Of a stretch of DNA of 64,000 nucleotides, positions 26,365 to 35,902 are shown one piece after another. A model generated the notes under the pieces. The model did no database searches and was not told where the DNA came from. It saw only the letters and a program-made list of their open reading frames with translations. Position 1 is the first letter of the stretch. Every line of letters begins with the position of its first letter. The position numbers and the translations under genes are program-made. Source of the stretch: Verrucomicrobiia bacterium (GTDB taxonomy: Bacteria; Verrucomicrobiota; Verrucomicrobiia; Palsa-1439); assembly GCA_022072455.1 (NCBI GenBank), contig JAJVHY010000001.1, positions 3,832 to 67,831 of the forward strand, in the 5' to 3' direction.

Positions 26365-27285
26365 TTAGCGGGCGGGAGCAGCCCGCAGTCGGGCGAGGAG
26401 GCTCAGGGTGGTTTGGCCGACAATTTCGAGACTGCGGACGCTGAGTTTGTCGAGGGTGTCTTTGTCGGTGTGCCAGTAGTCATTGAGACCGGGCGCGCTG
26501 CCGAATTGAAAGTCAATCAGGTTGAGCGCGGGGATGCCGGCGTGGAGGAAGGGGACGTGATCGTCGTGGATGTCGCCGTCGCCGAGTTCAAAATAGTCGC
26601 GGTGGCCGACAACGCGGGCGGCTTCGAATACGTGCTGGACGAGAGAACCGGTCGTGTTGGCTGGGATGCGGATCTTGAGGTTGGCGTCGCCGACCATGTC
26701 GAGAACGATGACGGCTTTGATCCACTTGAGTTGGTTGTTTGATTTGAGGTCTTCGACGAAAAATTTGCTGCCGACCAGACCGTCGGTGGAACCGTACTCT
26801 TGGATAGCTTCTTCGCCGTCGAAGAAAACAAACCAAATATCCGGTTGTGACGCGGCGCAGCGGGCGATTTCGAGGAGGACGCCAGTGCTGGAGCCGGCGT
26901 CGTTGGCCCCGACGAAGTTGATGTCTGGCATGTACTTGGTGTCATAGTGCGAGGCGACAACGATTACTTGGCCTGTCCCGCCCGAATAGCGTGATGTTTT
27001 GGCCAGGACGTTGCGGAATTGGAGCGGGCCGCGCGGCGAGCCGGAGGTGAAGACCTGTTCGTGGGCTGACAAGCCGGCTTCTTCGAGTTGCGTGGCGATG
27101 TAGGTCGCTGCCTTGGCCAAGGTGGGACTACCGGCGGGACGCGGGCCCATTTTGACGAGAGCTTCGACGTGCGACATGGCGCGGCGACCGTTAAAGGTTG
27201 CCGGGTCAATCGGTTTGGGCGGCGGGGGGGTGCAACCGGTCAGGAGACCGGCCAGCAATCCGAGGATTATGATTTTCGTTGCCAT
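26365..27285 (-). CDS. M28 family zinc peptidase, lipoprotein (glutaminyl-cyclase/aminopeptidase-like)
   Basis: Lipobox LLTGC. Metal ligands HYDT...D..GANDAGS...FDGEE...H. Confidence 0.85.
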   Translation of the reverse strand: MATKIIILGLLAGLLTGCTPPPPKPIDPATFNGRRAMSHVEALVKMGPRPAGSPTLAKAATYIATQLEEAGLSAHEQVFTSGSPRGPLQFRNVLAKTSRYSGGTGQVIVVASHYDTKYMPDINFVGANDAGSSTGVLLEIARCAASQPDIWFVFFDGEEAIQEYGSTDGLVGSKFFVEDLKSNNQLKWIKAVIVLDMVGDANLKIRIPANTTGSLVQHVFEAARVVGHRDYFELGDGDIHDDHVPFLHAGIPALNLIDFQFGSAPGLNDYWHTDKDTLDKLSVRSLEIVGQTTLSLLARLRAAPAR

Positions 27286-28379
27286 TCTTGAGCCAAGGTT
27301 ATGCGACTTTCCAACGAGGGATGGTCGTGTAAAAGAAACTCTATCACTGGATGTGGCGCTAAATCAGCAAGATTTTGTTCCGCCAGCTTTCGCATCGCGC
27401 GCGCGAAGCCGGCGGGATTGCGTGTGAGGTCGAGCGCCAGCCGGTCAGCTTTGCGTTCGCGCCAGCGCGAGAAAGCATTTTGCACCGGCAGGCCGGCCAA
27501 GGTGGCGAACATCAGACAGAGCGCCAATACCGGGAAGGCACCGATGTCCGCCCGGTCAGCGAAACCAAACCGGCTCACTCCCACTCCAAATCCCCAATCG
27601 CAAATCCAAAAACCGCCCAAAATCGTGACCGCGTTCACCGCGAGCAGTTTCCAAAGGTCGCCGTGTTTGAAATGGGCCATCTCATGTGCCATGACGACTT
27701 CGATTTCGTCTTCGGAAAAGCCGGCGAGCAACGTGTCGCCCAAAATGATGCGCTTTGTCGCGCCCAACCCGGCAAAGGCGGCGTTGGCTTTCTTGGTTTT
27801 GGCGCTCATGGTCATCCGGTAAATGCCGAGGACTTTGGCGCCGACGCGTTGCGCGAGGGCAACGAGTTTTTGTTTTAGCGCTTCGTTGTCCAACGGCTCC
27901 AGTTTGTAGAACAGCGGCAGGATCACGACCGGAAACACGGCCGACATGAGAATGCCCAAAAGAATCAACGCCCCACCCGCCCACAGCCACCAATCATCAC
28001 CGGTGCGACGGAGAAAAAAGTAGATCACCTCCAACGCCACCACACTCAGGACAAGATTCAGTCCCAGCGACTTCAACTCGTCCCACGCCCAACCGCCCAA
28101 GCTTTCGTTGGAAAGTCCATACCGGTGTTCGAGGTAAAAGTCAGTAAACCAGTTCAACGGCAGTGAGATCAGTTTTGTCGCGATGACAACGACGGCCCCG
28201 TACAACGCCACATTCACCCAGGGATTGGCCGAGATTGACCGGCAGGCATTGGCCAGAAGTTCGGAGCCGGAGGAAAACAGAAACGCCAGCAGCAACACGA
28301 CGCTCAGGACAGTCTCGACAACGAAGAGGCTGTTGTGAATGGCCTCGTAGCGCTTGGCCCGCGCTTGCTGGTCCGACAT
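27267..28379 (-). CDS. M48 family (Ste24/HtpX-like) membrane metalloprotease
   Basis: HEMAH zinc motif. Multiple N-terminal TM helices. C-terminal HD..LESRI. Confidence 0.85.
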   Translation of the reverse strand: MSDQQARAKRYEAIHNSLFVVETVLSVVLLLAFLFSSGSELLANACRSISANPWVNVALYGAVVVIATKLISLPLNWFTDFYLEHRYGLSNESLGGWAWDELKSLGLNLVLSVVALEVIYFFLRRTGDDWWLWAGGALILLGILMSAVFPVVILPLFYKLEPLDNEALKQKLVALAQRVGAKVLGIYRMTMSAKTKKANAAFAGLGATKRIILGDTLLAGFSEDEIEVVMAHEMAHFKHGDLWKLLAVNAVTILGGFWICDWGFGVGVSRFGFADRADIGAFPVLALCLMFATLAGLPVQNAFSRWRERKADRLALDLTRNPAGFARAMRKLAEQNLADLAPHPVIEFLLHDHPSLESRITLAQEWQRKS

Positions 28380-28381
28380 GC

Positions 28382-29314
28382 TCAGAGGTTGTCCACGCCA
28401 AAGATGGCCAACAAGCGCGCGAGGTCGTCGTTCCCGTAATACACGATTTCGATGCGGCCCTTTTTCTTGCCGTGGCGGACACTGACTTGGGTGCCGAGTT
28501 TTTGCTGCAAGGCTTCCTCAACGGCGACAATGTCAGCCGCCTTGGTCGTGCCGGTCAAAACGCGGGCGCGCGCTTTGGCATCGCCTTTGAGTCCCTCGAC
28601 CAGCATTTCGGTATCGCGTACAGTCAAATTCCGCTTCAAACACCGCTCGGCGACGAGGCGTTGTTCCTCGCCATTGTTCAACCCCAAAATCACTTTGGCG
28701 TGGCCGACGCTGAGTTGGCCATTCGCCACCCACGAGAGAACTTCGCCCGGTAACGTGAGCAACCGGAGCGCATTCGCCACACCGGCGCGGCTGCGGCCAA
28801 CTTTGTCGGCTATCTGTTCCTGGGTAAGTAGGAAAACGGTCGCGAGTTGTTCGTAGGCTTTGGCTTCTTCAATCGGATTGAGGTCTTCGCGCTGGATGTT
28901 TTCGATGAGCGCGATTTCGAGAGCTTCCGCGTCGGTGGCTTGTCGGATAATGGCCGGCACGGTGGTCAACCCGGCCGTCTTGGCGGCACGCCAGCGGCGT
29001 TCCCCGGCAATCAGCTCGTACCGGCCGGGGGCGCCGGTCCGCACGAGCAGCGGTTGCATGACGCCGCGTTGCCGGATGGAGTCGGCGAGTTCTTTCAGAT
29101 GCTCGGGGTCAAATTCACGACGAGGTTGGTACCGATTCGGTTCAATGGCGGTAATGTCGAGGTGTTGAATGCCCCCCGCCGGTCCGCTGCCGGTCGCCGG
29201 CGATCCCAATGGTTTAGCCGGCGCAGGAATCGGATGGGTTTGTACAGCAACAGGGGCAGTGAAACCGCCACCAATCAATGCATCCAATCCTCGGCCCAGA
29301 GCTTTTTTTTGCAT
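28382..29314 (-). CDS. parB: chromosome partitioning protein ParB/Spo0J
   Basis: ParB box GERRWRAA. HTH region. C-terminal dimerisation domain. Confidence 0.9.
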   Translation of the reverse strand: MQKKALGRGLDALIGGGFTAPVAVQTHPIPAPAKPLGSPATGSGPAGGIQHLDITAIEPNRYQPRREFDPEHLKELADSIRQRGVMQPLLVRTGAPGRYELIAGERRWRAAKTAGLTTVPAIIRQATDAEALEIALIENIQREDLNPIEEAKAYEQLATVFLLTQEQIADKVGRSRAGVANALRLLTLPGEVLSWVANGQLSVGHAKVILGLNNGEEQRLVAERCLKRNLTVRDTEMLVEGLKGDAKARARVLTGTTKAADIVAVEEALQQKLGTQVSVRHGKKKGRIEIVYYGNDDLARLLAIFGVDNL

Positions 29315-29374
29315 GGAAATTCCTCGCTATCGGCGCGACTTATCGCCCGAAAACCCAGGAATTGTCGAGCCAAT

Positions 29375-30160
29375 TCACCGTTTCAATCGCCGGCGCTTCG
29401 CGGATTCCCAGAGGGCATCAAGTTCGGCCAGGGTGCAATCTTCGAGGCGCCGGCCGCTCTTGTGGACGGCGCGTTCGATGTGCTGGAAGCGCGTGACGAA
29501 TTTCTTCACGGTGCGATCGAGCAGGTCTTCGGCATGCAGATTTTCGAAACGGGCAAGGTTGACAACGGCGAAAAGCAGGTCGCCAACTTCCTCTTCGAGT
29601 TGCCGGCGGCGGCCGGATGCGAGCGCGGCTTTGACCTCACGAAGTTCTTCCTCGATTTTGGCGATGACGCCATTGACGTTTTTCCAGTCGAAGCCGACGC
29701 GGGCGACTTTGCGTTGGACTTTGTCCGCCCGCATCAACGCCGGCAAGCCGCGGGGAACTTCGGCAACAATCGAGGGCGCGTTTTTTTCCTTTTTCTTGAT
29801 CGCTTCCCATTGTTGGAGCACGGCGGCACTGGTGGCGGCTTTGGCTTTGCCGAAGACGTGGGGATGCCGACGGATGAGTTTGTCAGCAATGGATTTGGCG
29901 ACTTTGTCGAAATCGAACGTACCGGCTTCGCTGGCCATCTGGGAATGGAACACAACTTGCAGGAGGAGGTCGCCTAATTCGTCACGGAACTCGACCATGT
30001 CGCCGGTATCCAAGGCGTCGAGGGCCTCGTAGGTTTCTTCGACGAGGTTGTGACGGATGGATGCGTGGGTCTGCTCTCGGTCCCACGGACAGCCGTCGGG
30101 CGCGCGAAGGCGAGCCATGATTTTGAGGAGGCGGACGAGGTTCTTGGTTTGAGTTGGCAT
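29375..30160 (-). CDS. mazG: nucleoside triphosphate pyrophosphohydrolase MazG
   Basis: Tandem MazG domains (EETYEALDAL..., ELGDLLLQVV / EEVGDLLFAVVNLAR). Confidence 0.9.
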   Translation of the reverse strand: MPTQTKNLVRLLKIMARLRAPDGCPWDREQTHASIRHNLVEETYEALDALDTGDMVEFRDELGDLLLQVVFHSQMASEAGTFDFDKVAKSIADKLIRRHPHVFGKAKAATSAAVLQQWEAIKKKEKNAPSIVAEVPRGLPALMRADKVQRKVARVGFDWKNVNGVIAKIEEELREVKAALASGRRRQLEEEVGDLLFAVVNLARFENLHAEDLLDRTVKKFVTRFQHIERAVHKSGRRLEDCTLAELDALWESAKRRRLKR

Positions 30161-30195
30161 GCGAGTCGCAGTAGAATACGCGGTGTTTTAAGATT

Positions 30196-30948
30196 ATGGC
30201 AAAGAGAATCCTAATATGGTTGGTGGTGGTGGCGACCGGTTGGACAGCCGAGGTTGTGCCGGTCATGGATGTGAATGGGACACGCTACCGTGATGTGAAG
30301 TTTGGCCCAGTCAACCAGGACCAAATTGTGTTGTTCCATAGCAAGGGCGTGGCGACGGTGCCGGTCAGCAGTTTGCCGGAGACCTATCGCGAACAGTTTG
30401 CGCCGAAGCCGGCACCAGGTGGTGCGCCAGTGCCGGCGGTCGTCGAACCGCTCCGCATTCGCACACCGGTCAGTCAACCGACCAACAATCCGGGCGCGAT
30501 TTTGGAGGCAATGCGCTCGAAGAAGTCGGAGCCAATTATGACCGGCGGGAGTCGCAACGATTGGACGCTGTATAATCAGCAACGAGCGAGTTTGGTGGTT
30601 TTGGACGGAATGTTGGTGGAAAAATCATCGTTAACACCACTGGTCGGTTTCCTCGCGAAAGAGCGGGCGTCCTTGAGCGACGGGACACGGACTTACTACG
30701 GCGCGGCATTCGATTTGGCGGAGCGCAAGAACGGGAATGACAACGTCGCCGCTGTGATGGAGTTGCGACCGGCACTGTGGAATCGCACCGATGAACGCGT
30801 GTTTTTGGTCAACTACAAGCCGATGACTTTACCGGGGGCCTTGATGAAGGTGTACGCGGTAGAGATTGATCCGATTGATCAATGGCGCACGTTCAAAGTC
30901 GGCACCGATCCGAGTTTTGAGGACTGGAAACGGTTACCCCGCAAGTAG
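30196..30948 (+). CDS. hypothetical secreted protein
   Basis: ORF track 250 aa. N-terminal signal-like MAKRILIWLVVVATGWTAEV. No known motif. Confidence 0.5.
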   Translation: MAKRILIWLVVVATGWTAEVVPVMDVNGTRYRDVKFGPVNQDQIVLFHSKGVATVPVSSLPETYREQFAPKPAPGGAPVPAVVEPLRIRTPVSQPTNNPGAILEAMRSKKSEPIMTGGSRNDWTLYNQQRASLVVLDGMLVEKSSLTPLVGFLAKERASLSDGTRTYYGAAFDLAERKNGNDNVAAVMELRPALWNRTDERVFLVNYKPMTLPGALMKVYAVEIDPIDQWRTFKVGTDPSFEDWKRLPRK

Positions 30949-30957
30949 CAGCACGAC

Positions 30958-31308
30958 TTAGTTGCTACGACTGGTGCCGGGAAACGCGAGAACTTTCTCT
31001 TCGTCTTCGGACAAGGCCGTCTGCCGGAGCGGCGCGGCTTGTTCTTGCCGACGCAATTCCCAGAGGCGCTCCAACTCATGTTCCAACGCTGTGATCCGGT
31101 GCGTCCCAACCGCCGGTAGATCATCGCCCGCGTTCGCAAGCCGGCTGCGCAAGGTTTGAAGCTCATCCGTAGCCTTGGCAATTTTTTCCAACAAGGTGAG
31201 TTCTTTTGGCTCGCGAGTGAGCCGGGTGATGCGCCGGGAAGAGCCAACCCGCGATATCTTTTTGACTTTGAGCTTTTTGGAGCGTGATTTCATGGGAAGT
31301 GATTGCAA
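30958..31308 (-). CDS. hypothetical small basic coiled-coil protein
   Basis: ORF track 116 aa. Lys/Arg-rich N-terminus. Confidence 0.35.
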   Translation of the reverse strand: MQSLPMKSRSKKLKVKKISRVGSSRRITRLTREPKELTLLEKIAKATDELQTLRSRLANAGDDLPAVGTHRITALEHELERLWELRRQEQAAPLRQTALSEDEEKVLAFPGTSRSN

Positions 31309-31409
31309 CGTTCGACTGCTGCTTATATCAGGTGTTCAAACAAAAACAAGGGATTTAGTGAGCAAAACCGCAAACAATAGTCGCAACCACCTAATCCGCA
31401 ATAGATTGA

Positions 31410-31898
31410 CTACAAAATGTCAACGCGATAGCTGAGCAGGCGTTCTGAATCGAAAACAAAATATCCGCGGAAAGCCTTGTGAGCGACGACTAAAGGAAGC
31501 CAATGTGGGTCATCCTGCCACATTTCGTGATAGGGGATTTTGGAAATTTCAGTCCAAAATGGGGTTGCCTCGTCAGTTTCGGCCAATCTCCCGACACAGT
31601 CACTAGCGGAAAAGACACTGACGTGGAGTTTATAGCCGTCGAGGAAATGGAAACGCAATTCGCCGGCATGTTCCAGCCCGGTCGGAGTTACGCCGATTTC
31701 TTCCTGAGTCTCGCGAATGGCTGATTGCAGTGGAGTTTCCCCTGGCTCGAGGCGTCCACCCGGGCCATTGATTTTACCGGCACCGAGTCCGCGTTTCTTG
31801 CGAATCAAGAGAATTTGTCCATTACGGATAGCGAAGCAAAGATTGGCGTACTCTGTCGGTTGCCATCCTGCCCAGTCAATCGATGCGACATTCATTTC
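31410..31898 (-). CDS. NUDIX hydrolase
   Basis: Nudix box GGRLEPGETPLQSAIRETQEEIGV. Start placed at internal ATG (MNVASIDWAG); the ORF extends to 31976. Confidence 0.8.
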   Translation of the reverse strand, partial: EMNVASIDWAGWQPTEYANLCFAIRNGQILLIRKKRGLGAGKINGPGGRLEPGETPLQSAIRETQEEIGVTPTGLEHAGELRFHFLDGYKLHVSVFSASDCVGRLAETDEATPFWTEISKIPYHEMWQDDPHWLPLVVAHKAFRGYFVFDSERLLSYRVDIL

Positions 31899-31976
31899 AT
31901 TAGCATTACCGGTCCGGCCTGAAAATGTAAACTGATGAAACTTGACGCAGTGTAGCGGCTGTTCCAAACTTGCCAC

Positions 31977-32360
31977 GTGTTACCGGTCTGCCCAAAATGT
32001 GATGTGGCGCTGTTCATCCTCCACTTCAAATCGGTCACAGTTGACTACTGCGATAAGTGCCAAGGAGTGTGGTTGGATACCGGCGAATTTGACCAACTGG
32101 CCGGCTGTGCCCCGCCCCAACTTACCGCCTCGACACCAACCGCGACCAACTACCTTTGCCCACGTTGCGATTCGCGGATGAACGAAATGCAAGCGGCCGG
32201 CAACGTAACCCTCGAACGCTGTCCCAACGGTCACGGCTTATGGTTCGACGCCACCGAATTGCCGCGCCTGCTCGGCATCGTCACCACCGCAGCAGCTGGC
32301 ACGGTGCTCACTGAAATTTTCAGCAAACTGTCAACCCGTAACCAAGGAGAAACCCCATGA
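31977..32360 (+). CDS. zinc-ribbon (TFIIB-type zf) domain protein
   Basis: Two CxxC...CxxC ribbons ([32 protein letters not shown]). 4-nt overlap with lemA. Confidence 0.6.
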   Translation: MLPVCPKCDVALFILHFKSVTVDYCDKCQGVWLDTGEFDQLAGCAPPQLTASTPTATNYLCPRCDSRMNEMQAAGNVTLERCPNGHGLWFDATELPRLLGIVTTAAAGTVLTEIFSKLSTRNQGETP

Positions 32361-32911
32361 TCGCACTCATCGTCATTGCCGCCATCGCACTGATCCTCGG
32401 CCTGTGGCTTGCCGGCGCCTACAACGGCCTCATCCGCCTCCGCAACCAAGTGGAAAACGCTTGGGCACAAATCGACGTTCAATTGAAACGCCGGTGCGAC
32501 CTCATTCCGAATCTTGTCGAAACCGTCAAAGGTTATGCCAAACACGAGAGCGGCACCTTGGAGAAGGTCATCCAAGCCCGCAATATCGCCATGTCCGCCA
32601 AAACCGTTGGCGAACGCGCCGAAGCCGAAAACGTTTTGACCGGTACTCTCAAGACACTCTTTGCCGTCTCCGAAGCCTACCCGGACCTCAAAGCCAACGC
32701 CAACTTCATGCGCCTCCAAGAAGAGCTCACCTCCACCGAAAACAAAGTTGCGTTCTCCCGGCAATTCTACAACGACTCGGTGATGAACTTTAACACCAAG
32801 ATCGAAGTTTTCCCCAGCAACCTGATTGCGAACAGCTTCGGCTTCACGCGCCGCGAGTTCTTTGAAGTCAAAGACGAAGCCATCCGCGAGGCGCCGAAAG
32901 TTTCGTTCTAA
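32357..32911 (+). CDS. lemA: LemA family protein
   Basis: N-terminal TM plus the conserved LemA core ([30 protein letters not shown]...). Confidence 0.85.
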   Translation: MIALIVIAAIALILGLWLAGAYNGLIRLRNQVENAWAQIDVQLKRRCDLIPNLVETVKGYAKHESGTLEKVIQARNIAMSAKTVGERAEAENVLTGTLKTLFAVSEAYPDLKANANFMRLQEELTSTENKVAFSRQFYNDSVMNFNTKIEVFPSNLIANSFGFTRREFFEVKDEAIREAPKVSF

Positions 32912-32926
32912 ATGTCGCGTTGAGAT

Positions 32927-34297
32927 TTGCCGGCAATGTGGGATCAAATCCGCGCCAACCAACGCCGTTCCGCCGTCCTCATCACGGTCATGCTGTTGGT
33001 GCTCGTTCTGTTGGGCGCGACGACCGGCGGGGCACTCGCCGGTCAAGAAGGCATCGTCTTTGGGGTCGGGACCGCGCTCATCGTCTTCGGTGTCCAACTC
33101 GCCATTTACTTCGGCGCTGCGGAATCCGTTCTGTTGGCTGGTGCAAATGCCCGCGAAATCCGACGCGATGATAGTCCGCCGCTATTCAATGTCGTCGAGG
33201 AAATGCAGCTCGCGGCCGGCCTTGCCTTCTTTCCGCGCATTTATCTCATCGACGATCCCGCCCCCAATGCCTTTGCCATCGGGCACAAACCAGAAAATAG
33301 CGCCGTCGCTGTCACCACCGGCCTCCTCCACCGCCTCAACCGTGACGAACTCCAAGGCGTCATCGCTCACGAGATCGCCCACCTCAAAAACCGCGACGTC
33401 CAATTCATGACGCTCGCCGCCGTCATGCTCGGCTCAATTGTCATCCTCTCCCAATTCGTTCTGCGGTCAATGGCATTTGGGGGCCGGTCGCGCAGCCGCA
33501 GTAGTTCACGCGGCAGCAGTGGCGGTGGCCAACTCCAACTCATCCTCCTGATAGTCAGCCTTGTCTTCGCCATCCTCGGCCCACTCTTGGCGCAACTGCT
33601 CTACTTCGCTTGTTCACGAAAACGCGAATACCTCGCCGACGCCTGCGCCGCCCAGTTCACCCGCTACCCGGAAGGTCTGGCCGGCGCGCTGGAAAAGATT
33701 GCGCAAGCACGCGTCGCCCCAACCTTCGCCAACAAAGCGACGGCCCCCATGTTCATCATCAACCCGCTGGCGGCAACCGGCCAATCAGTCAGCCTCTTCT
33801 CCACACATCCCCCGACCGCCGACCGCATCCGCATCCTCCGCGGCATGGCCGGGGCCTCCTTTGCCGCCTACGAAGAATCCTGCCGGCGCGCGCTGGGCCG
33901 GGGAGTCATTGCTCCCGGCACACTGGCTGGCGATACACCGGCAACCATCCGACAGGCCGACCAGGCCGGCCCCATCGAAAGCCGCCGGGAAATCGCCGAC
34001 CTGACCTACCGCAGCCACGGCTATCTGCCGGTCACTTGCACCTGTGGCGCGCACATCAACGTTCCGCCTGGTTTCGACCGGGACAAGATTCACTGCTTGC
34101 GTTGCAGTTCCCTAATCTCCCTGCCGGCCGTGCACATGCCACCGGCAGCCACGCCAACGGCAATGCAATACAAGCGAACCGGCACCAGTTGGGAAGCATT
34201 CCGGTGTCAATGCGGCCGCACCGTGCAACTCAGTCCCGCCTTTAACGCCGCCCAGATCCGTTGCACCGGCTGCGGTCAGAGCATCCAAGTCATCTGA
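32927..34297 (+). CDS. M48/HtpX-like membrane metalloprotease with C-terminal tandem zinc-ribbon domains
   Basis: HEIAHLKNRD (HExxH). Four TM segments. C-terminal ribbons CTCGAHINV...CLRCSS and CQCGRTV...CTGCGQ. Confidence 0.8.
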   Translation: MPAMWDQIRANQRRSAVLITVMLLVLVLLGATTGGALAGQEGIVFGVGTALIVFGVQLAIYFGAAESVLLAGANAREIRRDDSPPLFNVVEEMQLAAGLAFFPRIYLIDDPAPNAFAIGHKPENSAVAVTTGLLHRLNRDELQGVIAHEIAHLKNRDVQFMTLAAVMLGSIVILSQFVLRSMAFGGRSRSRSSSRGSSGGGQLQLILLIVSLVFAILGPLLAQLLYFACSRKREYLADACAAQFTRYPEGLAGALEKIAQARVAPTFANKATAPMFIINPLAATGQSVSLFSTHPPTADRIRILRGMAGASFAAYEESCRRALGRGVIAPGTLAGDTPATIRQADQAGPIESRREIADLTYRSHGYLPVTCTCGAHINVPPGFDRDKIHCLRCSSLISLPAVHMPPAATPTAMQYKRTGTSWEAFRCQCGRTVQLSPAFNAAQIRCTGCGQSIQVI

Positions 34298-34331
34298 CCC
34301 GGCAAGTTTTTTCTTCGCCGGTATCGGGGTT

Positions 34332-34772
34332 ATGCTACCTTCCCGCCGCATGTTGGAAGAACTCTATCAAGAAATCATCCTCGACCATTACCGGCGCCCG
34401 CGGAACCGCGGCAAAGCGGTGCCCGCGGATTTGGCGTATAAGGACAGCAACCCGCTCTGCGGCGATGAGATTGAAGTGACCGCCACGCTCGTGGATGGCA
34501 AAATCAAAGACATCAAGTTCGACGGCCACGGTTGCTCGATTTGCCTCGCATCGTCCTCGATCATGACCGGCAAATTGGTTGGCAAAACGTTGGCGGAGGC
34601 GCTGAACTACATCGAGAATTTCCAAAAGATGATGCGCGGTGACATTCCGTTCGGTGGCAAGGAAATGGGCGACCTCAAGGCCCTCGAAGGGGTCTTGAAA
34701 TTTCCGGTGCGTGTCAAATGCGCGACCCTCGCCTGGCATACGGCCCACCGCGGCATTACCGCCAAACTGTAA
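34332..34772 (+). CDS. sufU: SUF system Fe-S cluster assembly protein SufU/IscU-like (zinc-dependent sulfur acceptor)
   Basis: Conserved Cys/Asp ligands NPLCGDEIEV, GHGCSICLASSS, KCATLAWH. Confidence 0.8.
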   Translation: MLPSRRMLEELYQEIILDHYRRPRNRGKAVPADLAYKDSNPLCGDEIEVTATLVDGKIKDIKFDGHGCSICLASSSIMTGKLVGKTLAEALNYIENFQKMMRGDIPFGGKEMGDLKALEGVLKFPVRVKCATLAWHTAHRGITAKL

Positions 34773-35155
34773 TGCACCAATTCGAAAAGCATTTCACGGT
34801 GGCGGAAGCCCGGGCGTTATTACCGGCGTTGCGGCGACTCTTCAAGGACGTTCACGCCCGGCGCGATCGCGCCCGGAAAATCGACGCGCAACTCGGCGAA
34901 AGACTCACCGCTTCCGGCGGTGATCTCGGCGGCAAACTGGTGACCGATTTGTTGACCGATGTGGTCGCGCTGAACGCGGAGTTGCGGCTGTGGCAGGAAC
35001 GCGGTGTTGTGATTAAAGACTTTGAGCGGGGTTTGGTTGACTTTCCGAGTCTGCGCGCCGACCGGGAAGTATTTCTGTGCTGGGAACTCGACGAGGAGGA
35101 CATCGAGTTCTTTCACGACATCGACGCCGGCTATGCCGGGCGCGAACGACTTTGA
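34772..35155 (+). CDS. small conserved protein (DUF2203-like, from memory of the family), start overlaps sufU stop (TAATG)
   Basis: Motifs GVVIKDFERGLVDFP, VFLCWELDEEDIEFFHDIDAGYAGR. Confidence 0.5.
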   Translation: MHQFEKHFTVAEARALLPALRRLFKDVHARRDRARKIDAQLGERLTASGGDLGGKLVTDLLTDVVALNAELRLWQERGVVIKDFERGLVDFPSLRADREVFLCWELDEEDIEFFHDIDAGYAGRERL

Positions 35156-35902
35156 TTAGTTGAGCGGCTTCTGGCCGTTTTCCGTGGAGAAACTGGCCGG
35201 TTTCCAATCGCCGTTGACATCCCGGCGAAAGGTTTGCCGTTCGACAACTTTGCTGCCATCAGGTCGCGTGATCTCGGTCTCAATGATTTTTCGCTGCGGT
35301 TCAATGCTGCCGGAATCCCGCTCATGGAGCGGCCGGCCAGACTCGATGATTTCCCGTTGGAGCGAACCGTCTGCCGCTTTGACTTCGGTGGTGCGGATCC
35401 GCCCGGCGTCACGCCAGCCGGTACCCGTTGGTTTCTGCAGTGTCGTCTCAGTGATCGACGTATTGCCGGCAATGCGCGTGGTGGCGAGCTCGCGGTCGCT
35501 GACCGTCAACCCGCCATTGAGTCGGTCAACGGACTGGATGGTTCGCTCCGTGCGCAGCTCATCGCTGCCGACTTGCGTGGTGCGTTCAGAAATCTGGCGC
35601 GTGGGTTGCAGCCGGCCATTCACGTCCACTTGCCGCTCCGTGCGCGTCGTGACCGTTACGCCTTCGGCGGCCGGGACGACCGTGGCGCTGATGCTCCGCT
35701 CGAGTACCAGATTGCCGGAGCTGTCCCGTCGGGAACTTGTCGTCTCCTGTTGCTCGCCGCCCGCCGGCAACGGGGTCTTGGTGGTGGTCGAACTGGCGGT
35801 TACCCGCTTCTGACCTTGCCGGTCGGTCTCGACGACTTGCACGGTTTCCGCCCGCAGTGACACGGAAACGAGCAGACAGATAATCAGCACTAGGGTTTTC
35901 AT
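35156..35902 (-). CDS. secreted Thr/Arg/Glu-rich repetitive protein of unknown function
   Basis: Start ATG 35900-35902 with GAAGGAGAA RBS. Signal peptide MKTLVLIICLLVSVSLRAE. Low-complexity repeats (TTRTERQVDVNGRLQPTRQISERTTQ...). Confidence 0.5.
   Translation of the reverse strand: MKTLVLIICLLVSVSLRAETVQVVETDRQGQKRVTASSTTTKTPLPAGGEQQETTSSRRDSSGNLVLERSISATVVPAAEGVTVTTRTERQVDVNGRLQPTRQISERTTQVGSDELRTERTIQSVDRLNGGLTVSDRELATTRIAGNTSITETTLQKPTGTGWRDAGRIRTTEVKAADGSLQREIIESGRPLHERDSGSIEPQRKIIETEITRPDGSKVVERQTFRRDVNGDWKPASFSTENGQKPLN

Noticed and set aside
31309-31409. Relatively AT-rich intergenic stretch with CAAAC/GCAACC repeats, a possible small RNA
   Set aside because: It is short. No convincing promoter, terminator or conserved structure could be identified by eye. 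Kept out of the features.
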